Source of the DNA: Haliotis rufescens
Lineage: Eukaryota
DNA length: 64,000 nt
Assembly (NCBI RefSeq): GCF_023055435.1
Contig: NW_025963802.1
Coordinates: 5,208,001-5,272,000 of the forward strand
Reading direction: 5' to 3'
In this document: in pieces, positions 63,400 to 64,000 of the stretch
Layout: each line of letters opens with the position of its first letter
Numbering within the stretch: position 1 is the stretch's first letter
Position numbers and translations under genes: made by a program
Notes under the pieces: generated by a model
What the model was told of the DNA's origin: nothing
What the model saw: only the letters and a program-made list of their open reading frames with translations
Databases searched by the model: none

Positions 63400-63950
63400 C
63401 AATTTCCTGCGGCTGTTAGTACTAAAAGATCTTTACAAAATGTAATGCATTGTACATCTAATAAGTTCAAAAATAACATAATAATGGGCTGAATGATTTG
63501 GCACTTCGCATGGTTGACACTCAAATCTGTACCGTCCAGCAGTACAGAACCATCAACAAAATCAACACTGACATTGAGATTATGTCCCACATCCTTGGCT
63601 CGTTTACGAAAACTGAAGTCTTGACATGCTTCACAAGAGAATCATGAGACAAATAAATGTGTGCAAAAGTGCACAAAACAGTTCTATCATGAAGAGCTCC
63701 AACGTTATTCAAACCATGTCCTCTCATAATGATTGGTAAATATAAGCGATTGAGGGAATAGCGAGGGTGGTGGGATCTATTGTCTGACATGATTCTTCGC
63801 GTGAGGTGTCAATATCCTGCATTTCTTGTTTTGTCCAATCAGCAACACCAAACGAATATGAAATGACGGGTACAGCATAAGTTATTGTGGCTTTAACTTT
63901 ATTGCGAGCGTACAGCTCTGAACTTCAGATTTGTACTCTGTCCGAAGTTC
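63400..63950 (-). mobile_element. R4/Dong-clade non-LTR retrotransposon RT fragment
   Basis: Minus strand gives SELYARNKVKATITYAVPVISYSFGVADWTKQEMQDID, then after a frameshift TRRIMSDNRSHHPRYSLNRLYLPIIMRGHGL. This matches the R4-type NK.KAINT.AVP..YSFG...W...HP....RLYL....GGRGL region. Confidence 0.75.
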
Positions 63951-64000
63951 TACTTCTTCTTCTTCTTCTTCTTCTAGATTTTTAAATGTTTTGCCGTTTT

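Overview
Eukaryotic, repeat-rich DNA, probably from a mollusc. The SINE types suggest a gastropod such as abalone, but that is inference only. The left half (6.3-34.9 kb) holds a tandem cluster of four intact, spliced Cdc25 (M-phase inducer phosphatase) paralogues: copy 1 on the minus strand, copies 2-4 on the plus strand. I reconstructed them exon by exon as compact proteins of 316-332 aa. All keep the [14 protein letters not shown] and HCEFSSER catalytic motifs and a canonical DSGxxS degron. They differ in cyclin-docking, NLS, Chk1/14-3-3 and CDK-site motifs, and one catalytic exon looks gene-converted. The right part (49.0-62.6 kb) holds a 16-exon SLC5 sodium:solute symporter of the SMCT/SMVT/NIS type. 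The rest is mobile and repetitive DNA: three Tc1 relics (two as an inverted pair), four short-retroelement families with similar 3' tails, MITEs, Penelope-like fragments including a palindrome with an intact minimal hammerhead ribozyme core, LINE remnants (R4/Dong-like, RTEX/CR1-like), several mini- and microsatellites, and one 129-N gap.
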